Source: Spirochaetia bacterium
GTDB taxonomy: Bacteria > Spirochaetota > Spirochaetia > SP-2023
Assembly (NCBI GenBank): GCA_965225855.1
Contig: CBDDCK010000005.1
Span: 384,001 to 448,000 of the forward strand
Length of the DNA stretch: 64,000 nucleotides
Direction of reading: 5' to 3'
Shown: positions 63,868 through 64,000 of the stretch, in pieces
Layout of the letters: each line of letters starts with the position of its first letter
How positions within the stretch are numbered: the first letter of the stretch is position 1
Translations under genes and position numbers: made by a program
Notes under the pieces: model-generated
What the model was told of the DNA's origin: nothing
Seen by the model: only the letters and a program-made list of their open reading frames with translations
Database searches by the model: none

Positions 63868-64000
63868 AAGCAATACCTCCAACAAGGGATAAAGATTGGC
63901 CAACCCATACGGGCTAGTCTGTAAATCCCTATTTTGCTAGGGGGGGTGTTGCGTCAAGGTCTATATAAGCTTTTTGTAAGTTTTTTTGTGTTTTTTGTGT

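Overview
Chromosomal window from a spirochaete, judged from two flaA flagellar-sheath genes, spirochaetal lipoboxes and a dual cNMP-binding protein. Most of it is housekeeping: xerD (partial), ftsZ, pheT, folP-folB-folK, tmk, suhB-like, znuACB, fprA, hisS, an ABC importer, tRNA-Arg(CCG), DAK2/DegV, plsY, eno, glutamine synthetase III, carAB, tsaB and tsaE. There is also an EcoRV-like R-M pair with a frameshifted nuclease and a doubly frameshifted trpC. The standout is a family of four dispersed, mosaic, multi-domain surface lipoprotein genes, each inside shared non-coding modules (conserved leader, hairpin repeats, ~23-bp arrays). Copy 2 lies in a transposase-less 3461-bp unit (18242-21702). 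That unit has TGA...TCA ends and two 23-bp-spaced GACRTGATAACT boxes at each end, and it is flanked exactly by a 232-bp direct repeat that looks like a giant target duplication in a decayed gene. A second copy of the left end precedes copy 3. I infer a non-autonomous transposon that spreads and shuffles surface-antigen cassettes. No transposase, reverse transcriptase or CRISPR array was seen in the window. All alignments and counts were done by eye.
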